NCBI GenBank assembly: GCA_039794305.1
Contig: JBDIVX010000003.1
Coordinates: forward strand, 48,606-112,605
Direction: 5' to 3'
Source: Polyangiales bacterium
GTDB lineage: Bacteria > Myxococcota_A > Polyangia > Polyangiales > JBDIVX01
Length of the DNA: 64,000 bases
A model generated the notes under the pieces. That model searched no databases and had not been told where the DNA came from. It worked only from the letters and a program-made list of their open reading frames with translations. Shown piece after piece: positions 40,389 to 49,873 of this stretch. Numbering within the stretch: the stretch's first letter is position 1; each line of letters opens with the position of its first letter. The position numbers and the translations under genes are program-made.

Positions 40389-40751
40389 ATGCCCGTCGAG
40401 ACGTTCCGGCCCGAGGATCGCGTCCGCAGACGGTCCGAGTATCGGGCGGTCCAGTCGCGTGGCAGCCGCGTGCACACCCCTCACTTCCTCGTCCTCGTCC
40501 TCCCGAAGCCCGGCCAAGAGCGCACCCGGCTCGGGGTCACCGTCACCAAGAAGGTCAGCTCCTCCGCCGTGGGCCGTAACCGCGTCAAACGCGTCGTGCG
40601 CGAAGTCTTCCGACGCAACCGGGATCTGTTCCCGGCGCGCTGCGACGTGGTGGTGATCGCGAAGCGCGGTGCGCCCGAGCTCGGCTACGGGGAGGTCCTC
40701 GGTGAGATGACCGAGGCGGCACGTCCGATGCAACGGAAGGCGGCACGATGA
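40389..40751 (+). CDS. rnpA: ribonuclease P protein component
   Basis: ..[26 protein letters not shown]......[27 protein letters not shown].. immediately after rpmH. Confidence 0.9.
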   Translation: MPVETFRPEDRVRRRSEYRAVQSRGSRVHTPHFLVLVLPKPGQERTRLGVTVTKKVSSSAVGRNRVKRVVREVFRRNRDLFPARCDVVVIAKRGAPELGYGEVLGEMTEAARPMQRKAAR

Positions 40752-40987
40752 AGCGCGTGCTGCTCTTCCTCATCCGCATCTACTGGTGGACGCTGTCGCC
40801 GATCATCGGCCGCGTGTGCAGGTTCGAGCCGTCGTGCTCCCGGTACACGGCCACGTGCATCGAGCGCTTCGGGGCTTTGAGAGGCAGTTGGCTCGGCGCC
40901 AAGCGCATCTGCCGATGCCACCCCTTCCACCCGGGTGGGTACGACCCTCCGCCGGAGCTGACCGATGGAGTCGCAGGGACCCGATAG
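40748..40987 (+). CDS. yidD: membrane protein insertion efficiency factor YidD
   Basis: ..[60 protein letters not shown]. 4-nt overlap with rnpA. Confidence 0.9.
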   Translation: MKRVLLFLIRIYWWTLSPIIGRVCRFEPSCSRYTATCIERFGALRGSWLGAKRICRCHPFHPGGYDPPPELTDGVAGTR

Positions 40988-42785
40988 GCGACAGCTCATC
41001 CTGCTGCTGGTGGTGAGCGTGCTCTTCGCCGGCGGCTACATGGCCTACGCGGCGATGACGGCGCCCGAGGGCGGCGAGGAGCCCGCACGCCCGGCGCAGC
41101 GAGCGCAGGGGCCCCGTGAGGGTGCGGGCGAGAGCGCGCAGGGCGCCGAGACCACCGACAACCGGCAGCTCCTCTCACGGCAAGAGACCGTGACGCTCGA
41201 GGGGAACGGCTTCCAGGCGACGGCGAGCAACCTGAACACGGGGCTCACGAGCCTCGAGCTCACCACCGAACAGTGGGCGGAGGAGGACGGGACCCCGAAG
41301 CAGATGGTCACGACCGACAAGCCGCCCTACTACCCGCTGCGGGCGGAGCTCGGCGGGGTCGGAATCCCCGACGACGCGGTGTGGGAGATCGAGCGGGACG
41401 GTGAGGGCGCCGTCCGCTTCACGTGGGAGGGCAACGGCTTCCGCGTCGAGCGGGAGTACGAGGCGGGAGACGGCCAGTACGAGCTCTGGTCGACGGTCCG
41501 GGTGACCAACACGAGCCGCGCCGAGCGGCCGGTGCGCGTGCGGCTCAAGACGTACCACTACGTCGAGCGGGAGGACGAGGAGGGCGGCTTCTTCGCGTCG
41601 CGCTCTCCGGCGATCAGCCACGGCATCTGCGTGTGGAACGACGAGGTCGAGCGCGTCGACCGCGAAGACGCGCTCGCCGGCCGCGGCTTCGGACCCGGCG
41701 TGAAGCTCGCCGGCATCGAGAACCAGTACTTCGCGAACGTCGTAGCCGTGGAGGGCGAGCCGGCGGAGCGCTGCACCCTCCGCTCGTCCGACCGCGGGGG
41801 CTCCGAAGAAGACCCGCACGGGAGCCTGTTCGAGACGACGCTGGTCTACCCGCGCGCGTCGGTCGCGGCGGGCGAGACCTACGCGGTGAGGGCCCTCGCC
41901 TACCTCGGGCCCAAGGACACCGAGGCGCTCGCCGCCGCGGGGCACGGGCTATCGGTCGTCGTCGACCGCGGCTGGTTCTCGGCCGTGGCCGAGTGGCTGG
42001 TGGCGCTCCTCGGTCTCATCCAGGGGTTCGTCGGCAACTGGGGGCTGGCCATCATCCTGATGACGGTCCTCGTACGCATCGCGCTCTTCCCGCTCACGTG
42101 GAAGAGCTTCCAGTCGATGGCGCGGATGCGGGTCCTCAAGCCCGAGATGGACCGTGTCAACCAGCTCTACAAGGACGACCCCCAGAAGAAGGGGGCCGCC
42201 ATCATGGAGCTCTACCGGAAGCACAAGATCAGCCCGCTGGGCGGGTGCTTGCCGATGGTGCTCCAGATGCCGATCTGGTTCGCGTTCTACGCGAGCCTGT
42301 CGACCAACACCGAGCTGTACCACGCGAACTTCGCGCTCTGGTACACGGACCTGTCCGCACCCGATCCCTACTTCGTGCTGCCCATCACCGTCGGGGCGCT
42401 GATGTTCGTGCAGCAGAAGATCACGCCGACCGCGATGGACGCGACCCAGGCGAAGATCATGATGTACTTCATGCCCATCATGATCACGTCGTTCCTGCTG
42501 TTCCTGCCGGCGGGCCTGTGCCTGTACATGGTCACGAACAGCGTGCTCGGGATCAGCCAGCAGCAGTGGATCCACCGGAGCCTCGAGAGACGCCAGAAGG
42601 AGCTCGAGAAGAAGCCGGAGGCGGACGGCGCGCCCGGAGCGGGCGGTGAGGACCAAGGTGACACCGAGGGCGACTCGGCCGAGAGCGAGGAGGAGTCCCG
42701 CTCCGGCAGCGTCGTCAGCGTGAGGCGGCCCAAGCAGACGAAGTCGCGCAAGGCCGCGAAGCGGAGGACCCGACGTGCCCGATGA
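40965..42785 (+). CDS. yidC: membrane protein insertase YidC
   Basis: 606 aa with a large periplasmic N-domain and the conserved core [30 protein letters not shown]....YKDD..K......ELY....I.P.GGCLP...Q.PI..A.Y. Confidence 0.9.
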   Translation: MESQGPDRRQLILLLVVSVLFAGGYMAYAAMTAPEGGEEPARPAQRAQGPREGAGESAQGAETTDNRQLLSRQETVTLEGNGFQATASNLNTGLTSLELTTEQWAEEDGTPKQMVTTDKPPYYPLRAELGGVGIPDDAVWEIERDGEGAVRFTWEGNGFRVEREYEAGDGQYELWSTVRVTNTSRAERPVRVRLKTYHYVEREDEEGGFFASRSPAISHGICVWNDEVERVDREDALAGRGFGPGVKLAGIENQYFANVVAVEGEPAERCTLRSSDRGGSEEDPHGSLFETTLVYPRASVAAGETYAVRALAYLGPKDTEALAAAGHGLSVVVDRGWFSAVAEWLVALLGLIQGFVGNWGLAIILMTVLVRIALFPLTWKSFQSMARMRVLKPEMDRVNQLYKDDPQKKGAAIMELYRKHKISPLGGCLPMVLQMPIWFAFYASLSTNTELYHANFALWYTDLSAPDPYFVLPITVGALMFVQQKITPTAMDATQAKIMMYFMPIMITSFLLFLPAGLCLYMVTNSVLGISQQQWIHRSLERRQKELEKKPEADGAPGAGGEDQGDTEGDSAESEEESRSGSVVSVRRPKQTKSRKAAKRRTRRAR

Positions 42786-43380
42786 TGACAAGCCCTTGAG
42801 GGATGGCGCCCTGTTCGTGGCGGAGGACGCCGGCTACGACGACGAGGATCGCGCCGAGAGCGCCGGCAAGCCGGGCGCCCCGGGCGACGGCAAGGCCGAG
42901 CAGGCGGCGGACATCCTCGACGGCATCCTCGCCCGCATGGACCTCGACACCGAGGTGACGGTGCGCGAGGACGAAGAGAAGATCGTGCTCGATGTGGACG
43001 GACCGGACGCGGGCCGAGCGATCGGGCGCAAAGGCCAGACGCTCGACGCGCTCCAGTTCCTCGTGAACAAGATCGTCAACCGCTTCCCGGACGGCCGCCG
43101 GCACGTCATCGTCGACTCGGGCGACTACCGCGAGCGGCACGACAAGGGCCTCGTCTCCATGGCGCGGCGCCAGGCGAAGAAGGCCGTGCAGCAGGGCAAG
43201 GTCATCACGCTCGAGCCGATGAGCGCGCGCGACCGCCGCGTCATCCACCTCTCGCTCGCGAAGTTCCCGGGCGTGACGACGAAGTCGGACGGTCACGGCC
43301 TCGGCCGGCGGATCCAGATCATCCCGGCCCGCCAGGGCCGCGGGCGCCCCTCGCGCCACCGGCGTCGCGAAGATTACTAG
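42775..43380 (+). CDS. jag: Jag/KhpB-like RNA-binding protein (KH + R3H)
   Basis: GTG start overlapping the yidC end. ..GRAIGRKGQTLDALQFLVNKIV.. (KH-like) and ..LEPMSARDRRVIHLSL.. (R3H). Confidence 0.85.
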   Translation: MPDDDKPLRDGALFVAEDAGYDDEDRAESAGKPGAPGDGKAEQAADILDGILARMDLDTEVTVREDEEKIVLDVDGPDAGRAIGRKGQTLDALQFLVNKIVNRFPDGRRHVIVDSGDYRERHDKGLVSMARRQAKKAVQQGKVITLEPMSARDRRVIHLSLAKFPGVTTKSDGHGLGRRIQIIPARQGRGRPSRHRRREDY

Positions 43381-43440
43381 TACCCCCGGTCGGCGCACCA
43401 CGCGCACGGAGGGTAGCGCGCCCGGCCCGGCTCGGGACCG

Positions 43441-44157
43441 TTACGGAGCGAGGATCGGGATGCGAAGCTCGAAGCGCGCCCCGCCCTCCGGGCGGTTCGA
43501 CGCCGAGACACGGCCGCCGTGCGCGCGGACGATCTCGCGGACGATGGCGAGCCCCAGGCCCATCCCGCCCTCACCCCTGCGGACGAAGGGATCGAACACC
43601 AGGGGTCGCAGGGTCTCGGTCAGCCCCGGACCGTCGTCGTCCACGATGATCGCGGCGTGCCCCTCGCCGTCGGCGCGCATCTCGACCCACACGGTGCTGC
43701 AGGCGTGCTTCAGCGCGTTGCCGAGGACGTTGCTGAAGGCGCGGCCGATGCGGGGCGCGTCCACGCGCGCGCGGACTTCGGGCATCGGCTCGACCTCGAT
43801 CTTCTTGTGACGGCCTTCGGTCGTGACCCGCACCTCCTCGAGCACCAGGAGGAGGACCTTCGAGAGGTCTTCTTCTCGCATGTCGAGCTCGAGGCTGCCC
43901 CGACCGGCGGCGCCGAGCTCCGACAGCTCGCTCGCGAGCAAGCGCAGGCGCTCGCCGCTCCGGCGGACGAGCTCGATCAGGTGGCGCTGGTGGGGATTGA
44001 GCGGGCCCGTCTCGCCGGACTCCAGGAGATCGACGGCGCCGAGCACCGCCATCAGCGGCGCACGCATGTCGTGCGAGATCATCGAGAGGATCTCGGTCGG
44101 GTCCGGGAGCCGGACGCCCCTGAAGATCCCCGAGTCCCGATCGTAGTGCTCGCTCAT
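43441..44157 (-). CDS. cytoplasmic histidine kinase without sensor or TM region (238 aa)
   Basis: Track ORF 43441..44982 trimmed to ATG 44157. The H-box (MISHDMRAPL) begins about 25 aa from the N-terminus. N box NALKH, G1 DDGPG, G2 GGMGLGLAI. ATGA overlap with the upstream activator gene. Confidence 0.85.
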   Translation of the reverse strand: MSEHYDRDSGIFRGVRLPDPTEILSMISHDMRAPLMAVLGAVDLLESGETGPLNPHQRHLIELVRRSGERLRLLASELSELGAAGRGSLELDMREEDLSKVLLLVLEEVRVTTEGRHKKIEVEPMPEVRARVDAPRIGRAFSNVLGNALKHACSTVWVEMRADGEGHAAIIVDDDGPGLTETLRPLVFDPFVRRGEGGMGLGLAIVREIVRAHGGRVSASNRPEGGARFELRIPILAP

Positions 44158-45527
44158 CGCGCCTCGTTCACTTCGTCGTCGGCGAGCCCGAACTTTTCGA
44201 TGCGGTAGCGGATCTGGTTGCGGGTGATGCCGAGCAGGCGGGCCGCACGCGTCCGGTTGCCCCCCGTCCGCTCGAGCGCCTGCCGGAGGAGGCTCTGCTC
44301 GAGGGCGTCGAGGGCGACGCCACCCGGCGGGAGCGCAAACGACCCCGCGGCGCCGCGCGTGCCCGCGAGCCGGGGGAAGTCCGAGACGTCGAGGACCTCC
44401 CGATCGCCGACGATGGCCGCACGCAACAGGAGGTTCTCGAGCTCGCGGACGTTGCCGGGCCAGCCGTGCGAGGCGAACCGCCGCAGCGACTCGTCGCTGA
44501 CGCTCCTCGCTCGCGTACCGAGCCTCGCGCGGAAGCGGCGCAGGAAGTGCTCGACCAGGATCGGGACGTCCTCCAGGCGGGCGCGCAGCGGCGGCAGCTC
44601 GACGGTGAGCACGGCCAGGCGGTAGTACAGGTCCTGGCGGAACCTGCCCGCGACCACCGCCTGATCGAGGTCGACGTTCGTGGCCGCGACGACCCGTACG
44701 TCGGCGACCCGATCGGTCATGCCGCCCACGCGGCGGAAGGTCCGCGATTCGAGGAACCGGAGCAGCTTCGCCTGCACGCGCAGATCGAGGTCCCCCACCT
44801 CGTCGAGGAAGGCCGTCCCCCGGTCGGCGCTCTCGAGCAAACCCTGCTTCCGGGCCACCGCATCGGTGAAGGCTCCGCGCTCGTGCCCGAAGAGCTCGCT
44901 CTCGATCAGATCGGACGGGAGCGCCGTGCACATCAGGTGAACGAAGGGCTCCTCGGCGCGGACGCTCAGTCGGTGGATGCAACGCGCGGCGAGGTCCTTC
45001 CCCGTGCCGCTCTCACCCGTGAGCAGGACGGTGCTCGCGGGGCTGCGTGCGACGCGGCGCAGGAGCTCCCGGAGCTGCACCGCCGCAGCCGACTCGCCGA
45101 CGAGCTCCGACAGCGCGTCGGCGCCGTGCTCGGCCGCGGACAAGCGCGTCGCGTCGCGCGCGGCGAGCGCCTCGGACACGACCACCAACAGGTCGCGCAT
45201 CTCGAGCGACTTGGGGATGCAGTGGAACGCACCGAGACGCATCGCCTCGACCGCCATCGCGACGTTCGGCGACTCGGTGAGCACGACGACCGGCACGTCC
45301 GGCTCGCGCCGGCGCGTCTCACCGAGCAGCTCGAGCCCCCGACCGTCCTCCACGGCCGAGCCGAGCAGCACGAGGTCCACGCCGCGGTCGAGCTCGGCGC
45401 ACGCCTGTCGCGTGTCCGCCACATCACGCACGACGTAGCCTGCATGCTCGAGGTGCGCGTGCAGCGACCACCGGACGAGCCGGTCGTCGTCCACGACGAG
45501 CACCCGAGGCCTCGCCTGTTCCCCCAT
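44154..45527 (-). CDS. NtrC-family sigma-54-dependent transcriptional activator (receiver-AAA+-Fis HTH) with atypical receiver
   Basis: Track ORF 44154..46079 trimmed to ATG 45527. Walker A GESGTGKD, ESELFGHERGAFTDA, RVVAATN, C-terminal HTH GNRTRAARLLGITRNQIRYRI. The receiver has DDD, T and K but reads DLVLLG where DLVLLD is expected. Confidence 0.9.
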   Translation of the reverse strand: MGEQARPRVLVVDDDRLVRWSLHAHLEHAGYVVRDVADTRQACAELDRGVDLVLLGSAVEDGRGLELLGETRRREPDVPVVVLTESPNVAMAVEAMRLGAFHCIPKSLEMRDLLVVVSEALAARDATRLSAAEHGADALSELVGESAAAVQLRELLRRVARSPASTVLLTGESGTGKDLAARCIHRLSVRAEEPFVHLMCTALPSDLIESELFGHERGAFTDAVARKQGLLESADRGTAFLDEVGDLDLRVQAKLLRFLESRTFRRVGGMTDRVADVRVVAATNVDLDQAVVAGRFRQDLYYRLAVLTVELPPLRARLEDVPILVEHFLRRFRARLGTRARSVSDESLRRFASHGWPGNVRELENLLLRAAIVGDREVLDVSDFPRLAGTRGAAGSFALPPGGVALDALEQSLLRQALERTGGNRTRAARLLGITRNQIRYRIEKFGLADDEVNEAR

Positions 45528-45657
45528 CACGGTCCCCCCGAAGCCAAAGCATGGAGCATGCCCGCCCGTCGCGCCATGGATCCGTCGAATTACCCACCAA
45601 GCACGGCCCGAGCGGCCGGTGGAAATGGCGCGACGGGTGGCTGGTCCACGAGCCGGC

Positions 45658-46296
45658 TCAGCGGTGCTGCCGAGAGAACCCCGTGATCCGCCTCGGAGCC
45701 CCGCTCGACGGAAGCCGGTACTCGATCGAGGGCTCCCGCGCGGCTCCCGGGGGCGCCGATGGGGGGTCCTGGGCCGTGAGCACCAGGACCCGCGGGGCGA
45801 GCGCGAGCCCGACGCGGAGCCACTCGTCGGGTGCGAGCGTCGCGCGAGAGAGCGCAACGTCGAACGGGCCGCCCGGGACGGTGGGCCGCGCGGGGTCCAC
45901 CTTCGCCTCGGCGACACGCGCGCGCGCCGCGAGGTCGAGGCCGCCGACGGCCGTCCGGAGGAACGCGACGCGCTTGCGCAACGGCTCGACGAGGACGCCG
46001 GTGAGGTCGGGCCTGAGGAGCAGGAGCGGGACGGCGGGTGCGCCGGCGCCCGTCCCCACGTCCACGAAGCGCGCGCCATCCGGCACGAGCGAACGGTCCG
46101 CGAGCACGAGCGCGTCCGCGAACAGCACCTCCCCGAGCGCCTCCGGCGTGCGGGCGGCGGTGAGGTTCATGCGGGCGTTCCACGTCCGCACGAGCTCGGC
46201 GAACGCGACCAGCCGGTCGCGGGCATCGGGTGGGACGGGTCGCCCGAGATCCCGGGCGAGGGAGTCGACGATGGCCTGCACGGCGCACGGGAGCAT
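45658..46296 (-). CDS. rsmG: 16S rRNA (guanine527-N7)-methyltransferase RsmG (GidB)
   Basis: Track ORF 45658..47049 trimmed to ATG 46296: ..LVAFAELVRTWNARMNLTA....EALGEVLFADAL......VDVGTGAGAPAVPL.. Confidence 0.85.
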   Translation of the reverse strand: MLPCAVQAIVDSLARDLGRPVPPDARDRLVAFAELVRTWNARMNLTAARTPEALGEVLFADALVLADRSLVPDGARFVDVGTGAGAPAVPLLLLRPDLTGVLVEPLRKRVAFLRTAVGGLDLAARARVAEAKVDPARPTVPGGPFDVALSRATLAPDEWLRVGLALAPRVLVLTAQDPPSAPPGAAREPSIEYRLPSSGAPRRITGFSRQHR

Positions 46297-46308
46297 ACTG
46301 GGGATCCG

Positions 46309-46821
46309 ATGGGTAGGAAGGAGACGAGCGCGGGCCTGCTCATGTGCCGCATGGGCGAGGGCGGCCCCGAGGTGCTCCTCGTGCACCCCGGCGGCCCGTT
46401 CTTCGCGAAGAGGGACGACGGCGCGTGGACCATCCCGAAGGGGCTCGTCGACACGGACGAGGACCTCCTGGCGGCGGCCCGCCGCGAGTTCGAGGAGGAG
46501 ACGGGGTTCCGGGTCGAAGCGACACGGTTCGTGCCGCTCGGCGAGGTGCGGCAGAGGAGCGGCAAGGTGGTGCACGCGTGGGCGTTCGCGGGCGACGCGG
46601 ATCCCGCCGCGGTCGAGAGCAACACGTTCGAGCACGAGTGGCCGCCGCGGTCGGGGCGTTTTCGGACGTTCCCCGAGATCGATCGCGCGGCGTTCTTCGA
46701 TGGTGAGACGGCGGGACGGAAGATCCTCGCGGCGCAGCGGCCCTTCGTCGAGCGCGCGCTCTCGAGCGAGGGCCTGAGGGATCTGCTGGGCTCGGCGTTT
46801 CGCCGAACGTCCCGGGAATAG
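46309..46821 (+). CDS. NUDIX hydrolase
   Basis: In-frame ATG 46309. Nudix box GLVDTDEDLLAAARREFEEETGF. Only 12 nt from the divergent rsmG start. Confidence 0.85.
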   Translation: MGRKETSAGLLMCRMGEGGPEVLLVHPGGPFFAKRDDGAWTIPKGLVDTDEDLLAAARREFEEETGFRVEATRFVPLGEVRQRSGKVVHAWAFAGDADPAAVESNTFEHEWPPRSGRFRTFPEIDRAAFFDGETAGRKILAAQRPFVERALSSEGLRDLLGSAFRRTSRE

Positions 46822-46945
46822 GGGCGGCGCCCTGGCGTTATGCCGGTTGAGATCGCGGGGGGCGGGGCAGCCTCGACTGGCCAACCGTCCTCTCCACCAC
46901 CCCGTTCCCGCACGCGAAGCCAGCCGCGCTCCGCCCCCCGCTGTC

Positions 46946-47144
46946 CTAATTTTCTGCAGACGTCGCGAGCACGCCTTCGGCGTCTCGCGATTCTGCACCC
47001 CACGCCCCTTCGGGGCGCGGGGCCCATTGTCTGCAGACGTCGCGAGCACGCCTTCGGCGTCTCGCGATTCTGCACCCCACGCCCCTTCGGGGCGCGGGGC
47101 CCATTGTCTGCAGACGTCGCGAGCACGCCTTCGGCGTCTCGCGA
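46946..47144 (+). repeat. 77-bp intergenic tandem repeat, 2.5 copies; the two full copies are 100% identical and each forms two strong hairpins
   Basis: ctgcagacgtcgcgagcacgccttcggcgtctcgcgattctgcaccccacgccccttcggggcgcggggcccattgt at 46954-47030 and 47031-47107, with the first 37 nt again at 47108-47144. Hairpin 1: tcgcgag..acgcc-ttc-ggcgt..ctcgcga. Hairpin 2: ccccacgcccc-ttc-ggggcgcgggg. Confidence 0.9.
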
Positions 47145-47260
47145 ACGCTGCAAGTGCGTGGAATCACGGAAGGGGGCCGAGCGGCGGCACGACGCGGCTC
47201 CCAGGATGCGGGGGGGTTGCCGCCGGTGGGTTCACGAGTAGACTGGCCAGCCGGATCCGC

Positions 47261-47656
47261 ATGCGCTCCCCCTCGATCGTGGCGGCTGCCCTGTTGGGCT
47301 CGCTGTTGGTGCCGGCTTCGGCGCTGGCGCAGGGGCGCGTGTGCATGGTCGTCAGCGAGCCGGCGTTCGTCGAGTCGCTCGATCTCGTGGAGGCGACCGC
47401 GAAGGTCGGGACGCAGCGCGAGGCCCGGGACGAGGGTGTCGTGCTGTGGTGCGCGAGCGCCGACGACCCTCGCTGCGCCCCCGTGCGCAACGACGAGCAG
47501 CCCCAGACCGACTGGCTCCGCGGACCGCAGAAGTCCGGCGGGCCCGATCCCGACGACGTCGCGGCACCCGCCGCGACCGAAGTGCAGTTCGTTTCCGATC
47601 CGACGGGCCCGTCGCGTGGCGTCCGTCATCGGGTCGAGAGGCCACCTCGCGCGTGA
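47261..47656 (+). CDS. small secreted protein (131 aa, 3 Cys), function unknown
   Basis: In-frame ATG 47261 within track ORF 46847..47656: MRSPSIVAAALLGSLLVPASALAQG (signal peptide). No motif recognised. Confidence 0.55.
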   Translation: MRSPSIVAAALLGSLLVPASALAQGRVCMVVSEPAFVESLDLVEATAKVGTQREARDEGVVLWCASADDPRCAPVRNDEQPQTDWLRGPQKSGGPDPDDVAAPAATEVQFVSDPTGPSRGVRHRVERPPRA

Positions 47657-47773
47657 CGGCGTGCCCGGCTCCGGCCGGGTGACGTCGTCTCCGAGCATTC
47701 CTGGTCCTTTCGATCCGTGGTTTTCAACCATGCGCCGGGGCGTGTCCGCGCCGGTGCATCGAGGTGAGTTGGT

Positions 47774-49816
47774 ATGAGTAAGGGTTCTGCAATCATTTCG
47801 ATCCTGATCGCATTCGTGGGCGGTCTCCTCATCGGGCAGCTGACCGCGACCGGCGGCGGGTCCGCCGGGGAGGAAGAAGAAGTCGCCGAGGTCGGCTCGG
47901 CCGAAGGCGACGCCCGAGGCGCGACGGCAGCCGGCGACGTCGAGCGGTTCAACGTCCCGGTCACCGAGGACCAGCCCGTGAAGGGCCCCGCCGACGCGCT
48001 CGTCACCATCGTCGAGTGGAGCGACTTCGAGTGCCCGTTCTGCACGCGCGTGGAGCCGACGATCACGCAAATCATGGACGAGTACGAGGGCAAGGTGCGC
48101 GTCGTGTGGCGGAACAACCCGCTGCCGATGCACCGCAACGCCCCGGCCGCCCACCAGGCCGCGATGGAGGCCTTCGACCAGGGCGGGAGCGAGAAGTTCT
48201 GGCGGATGCACGGGATCCTCTTCGAGAACCAGCGCGCCCTCCAGCGCGCCGATCTCGAGCGGTACGCCCAGCAGCTCGGCCTGAACATGGACCAGTTCAA
48301 GGCCGCGCTCGACAACAACGAGCACGCGTCGAAGATCGAGGCGGACCAGACGCTCGCCAACGAGGTGGGCGCGCGCGGGACGCCGCACTTCTTCATCAAC
48401 GGCCGCCGCATCGCCGGCGCGCAGCCCTTCGAGCAGTTCAAGACCATCATCGACGACGAGATCCAGCGCGCCGAGCAGATGCTCGCGGCCGGAGTGGATC
48501 GTCGCGCCGTCTACGCCTCGTTCATGCGCGCCGCGCGCGAGCGGGGAGGCGACGACGCGCAGCCGGCCGCCGCGGCGCAGGAGCAGGCTCGGCCGCAGCC
48601 GGATCCGAACGCCGTCTACCGCGTCCCCGTGGGCAACGAGCCGTCGAAGGGCCCGGCGGACGCGCTCGTCACGATCGTCGAGTTCAGCGACTACGAGTGC
48701 CCCTTCTGCAGCCGCGTCGAGCCGACCATCGACCAGATCGTCGAGCGCTACGGAAACGACGTGCGCGTGGTGTGGATGAACAACCCGCTGCCCTTCCACC
48801 AGAACGCCATGCCGGCGCACCAGGCGGCGCTCGAGGTGTACCAGCAGGGCGGGAACGCGAAGTTCTGGCGCTACCACGCCAAGCTCTTCGAGAACCAGCG
48901 CGCGCTCACCCGCGAGAACCTCGAGCAGTGGGCGCAGGAGCTCGGCGGGATCAACATGGCGCAGTTCCGCGCCGCGCTCGACAACAACGAGCACCAGGAG
49001 GCGATCCAGCAGCAGCAGGCGCTCGCCCGTGGCCTCGGCGCGAGCGGCACGCCCAGCTTCTTCATCAACGGCCGCAACCTGCGAGGTGCCCAGCCGCTGC
49101 CCGCCTTCACCGCGGTCATCGACGAGGAGCTCCGCAAGGCGCGGGCGAAGGTCGAGGGCGGGACGCCGCGCGCGCGCGTCTACGAGGAGACCATCCGCAA
49201 CGGTGCGACCTCGCCGCAGACGATCAACGCGCCGGCACCCGCCGCCCAGCCCGAGCCTCCGGCCCAGCCGCCGGCCGACCAGCAGTACGAGATCGCGGTG
49301 CCGAACGACGCCCCGACCAAGGGCGGCCGCAACGCGCCGGTCACCATCCAGATCTTCAGCGACTTCGAGTGCCCCTTCTGCGGCCGCGTCAACCCGACCG
49401 TGCAGCAGATCGAGCGCGAGTATGGCAACCGCGTGAAGATCGTCTGGCGCAACTACCCGCTGCCGTTCCACCAGAACGCCATGCCCGCGGCCGAGGCTTC
49501 CTGGGAGGTGTTCCAGCAGGGCGGCGCGGCGAAGTTCTGGGCCTACCACGACATCCTGTTCCAGAACCAGCGCGCCCTGTCGCGTGAGGACCTCGAGCGC
49601 TACGCGCAGCAGGTGGGCGGGATCAACATGGCCCAGTTCCGGCAGGCGCTCGACACCAACCGGCACCGCGCGCGCGTCCAGCAGGACATGAACGCGGTGC
49701 AGGAGGCCGGCGCACGCATCGGCACGCCGAGCTTCTTCATCAACGGACGCCTGGTCCAGGGCGCGCAGCCCTTCGAGGCCTTCAAGGCCCAGATCGACCG
49801 CGCCCTCGCAGACTGA
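47774..49816 (+). CDS. membrane-anchored protein with three tandem DsbA-family thioredoxin modules (3x CPFC)
   Basis: ATG 47774 with gaggtgag RBS. N-terminal TM IISILIAFVGGLLIGQL. Three modules about 55-60% identical by eye, each with FSD(F/Y)ECPFC (CPFC codons at 48032, 48698, 49370), NPLP(M/F)H, FW..H..LF.NQ and the cis-Pro loop GTP.FFING. Confidence 0.9.
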   Translation: MSKGSAIISILIAFVGGLLIGQLTATGGGSAGEEEEVAEVGSAEGDARGATAAGDVERFNVPVTEDQPVKGPADALVTIVEWSDFECPFCTRVEPTITQIMDEYEGKVRVVWRNNPLPMHRNAPAAHQAAMEAFDQGGSEKFWRMHGILFENQRALQRADLERYAQQLGLNMDQFKAALDNNEHASKIEADQTLANEVGARGTPHFFINGRRIAGAQPFEQFKTIIDDEIQRAEQMLAAGVDRRAVYASFMRAARERGGDDAQPAAAAQEQARPQPDPNAVYRVPVGNEPSKGPADALVTIVEFSDYECPFCSRVEPTIDQIVERYGNDVRVVWMNNPLPFHQNAMPAHQAALEVYQQGGNAKFWRYHAKLFENQRALTRENLEQWAQELGGINMAQFRAALDNNEHQEAIQQQQALARGLGASGTPSFFINGRNLRGAQPLPAFTAVIDEELRKARAKVEGGTPRARVYEETIRNGATSPQTINAPAPAAQPEPPAQPPADQQYEIAVPNDAPTKGGRNAPVTIQIFSDFECPFCGRVNPTVQQIEREYGNRVKIVWRNYPLPFHQNAMPAAEASWEVFQQGGAAKFWAYHDILFQNQRALSREDLERYAQQVGGINMAQFRQALDTNRHRARVQQDMNAVQEAGARIGTPSFFINGRLVQGAQPFEAFKAQIDRALAD

Positions 49817-49836
49817 CGCGTCAGCGAGCGAGACGG

Positions 49837-49870
49837 AAAGGGCCGGGGCGCATGCCTCGGCCCTTTTCGT
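49837..49870 (+). terminator. Rho-independent terminator after the first triple-DsbA gene
   Basis: aaagggccg-N12-cggcccttt (9-bp perfect stem) running into ttttcgtt. One of the very few T-tract hairpins in the window; 21 nt after the stop at 49816. Confidence 0.6.
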
Positions 49871-49873
49871 TGG

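Noticed and set aside
45547-45563. Minus-strand sigma-54-type match gGGCAtGctccaTGCTt upstream of the NtrC-type gene (possible autoregulation).
   Set aside because: The spacing is correct, but the predicted start site falls about 10 nt before the ATG at 45527, inside the only purine-rich RBS-like stretch. Left as unsupported.
46946-47144. Possible CRISPR array (also considered for 28896-29055).
   Set aside because: The repeats are directly abutting with no unique spacers, and the units (77 and 51 bp) are outside normal CRISPR repeat length. There are no cas genes in the window.
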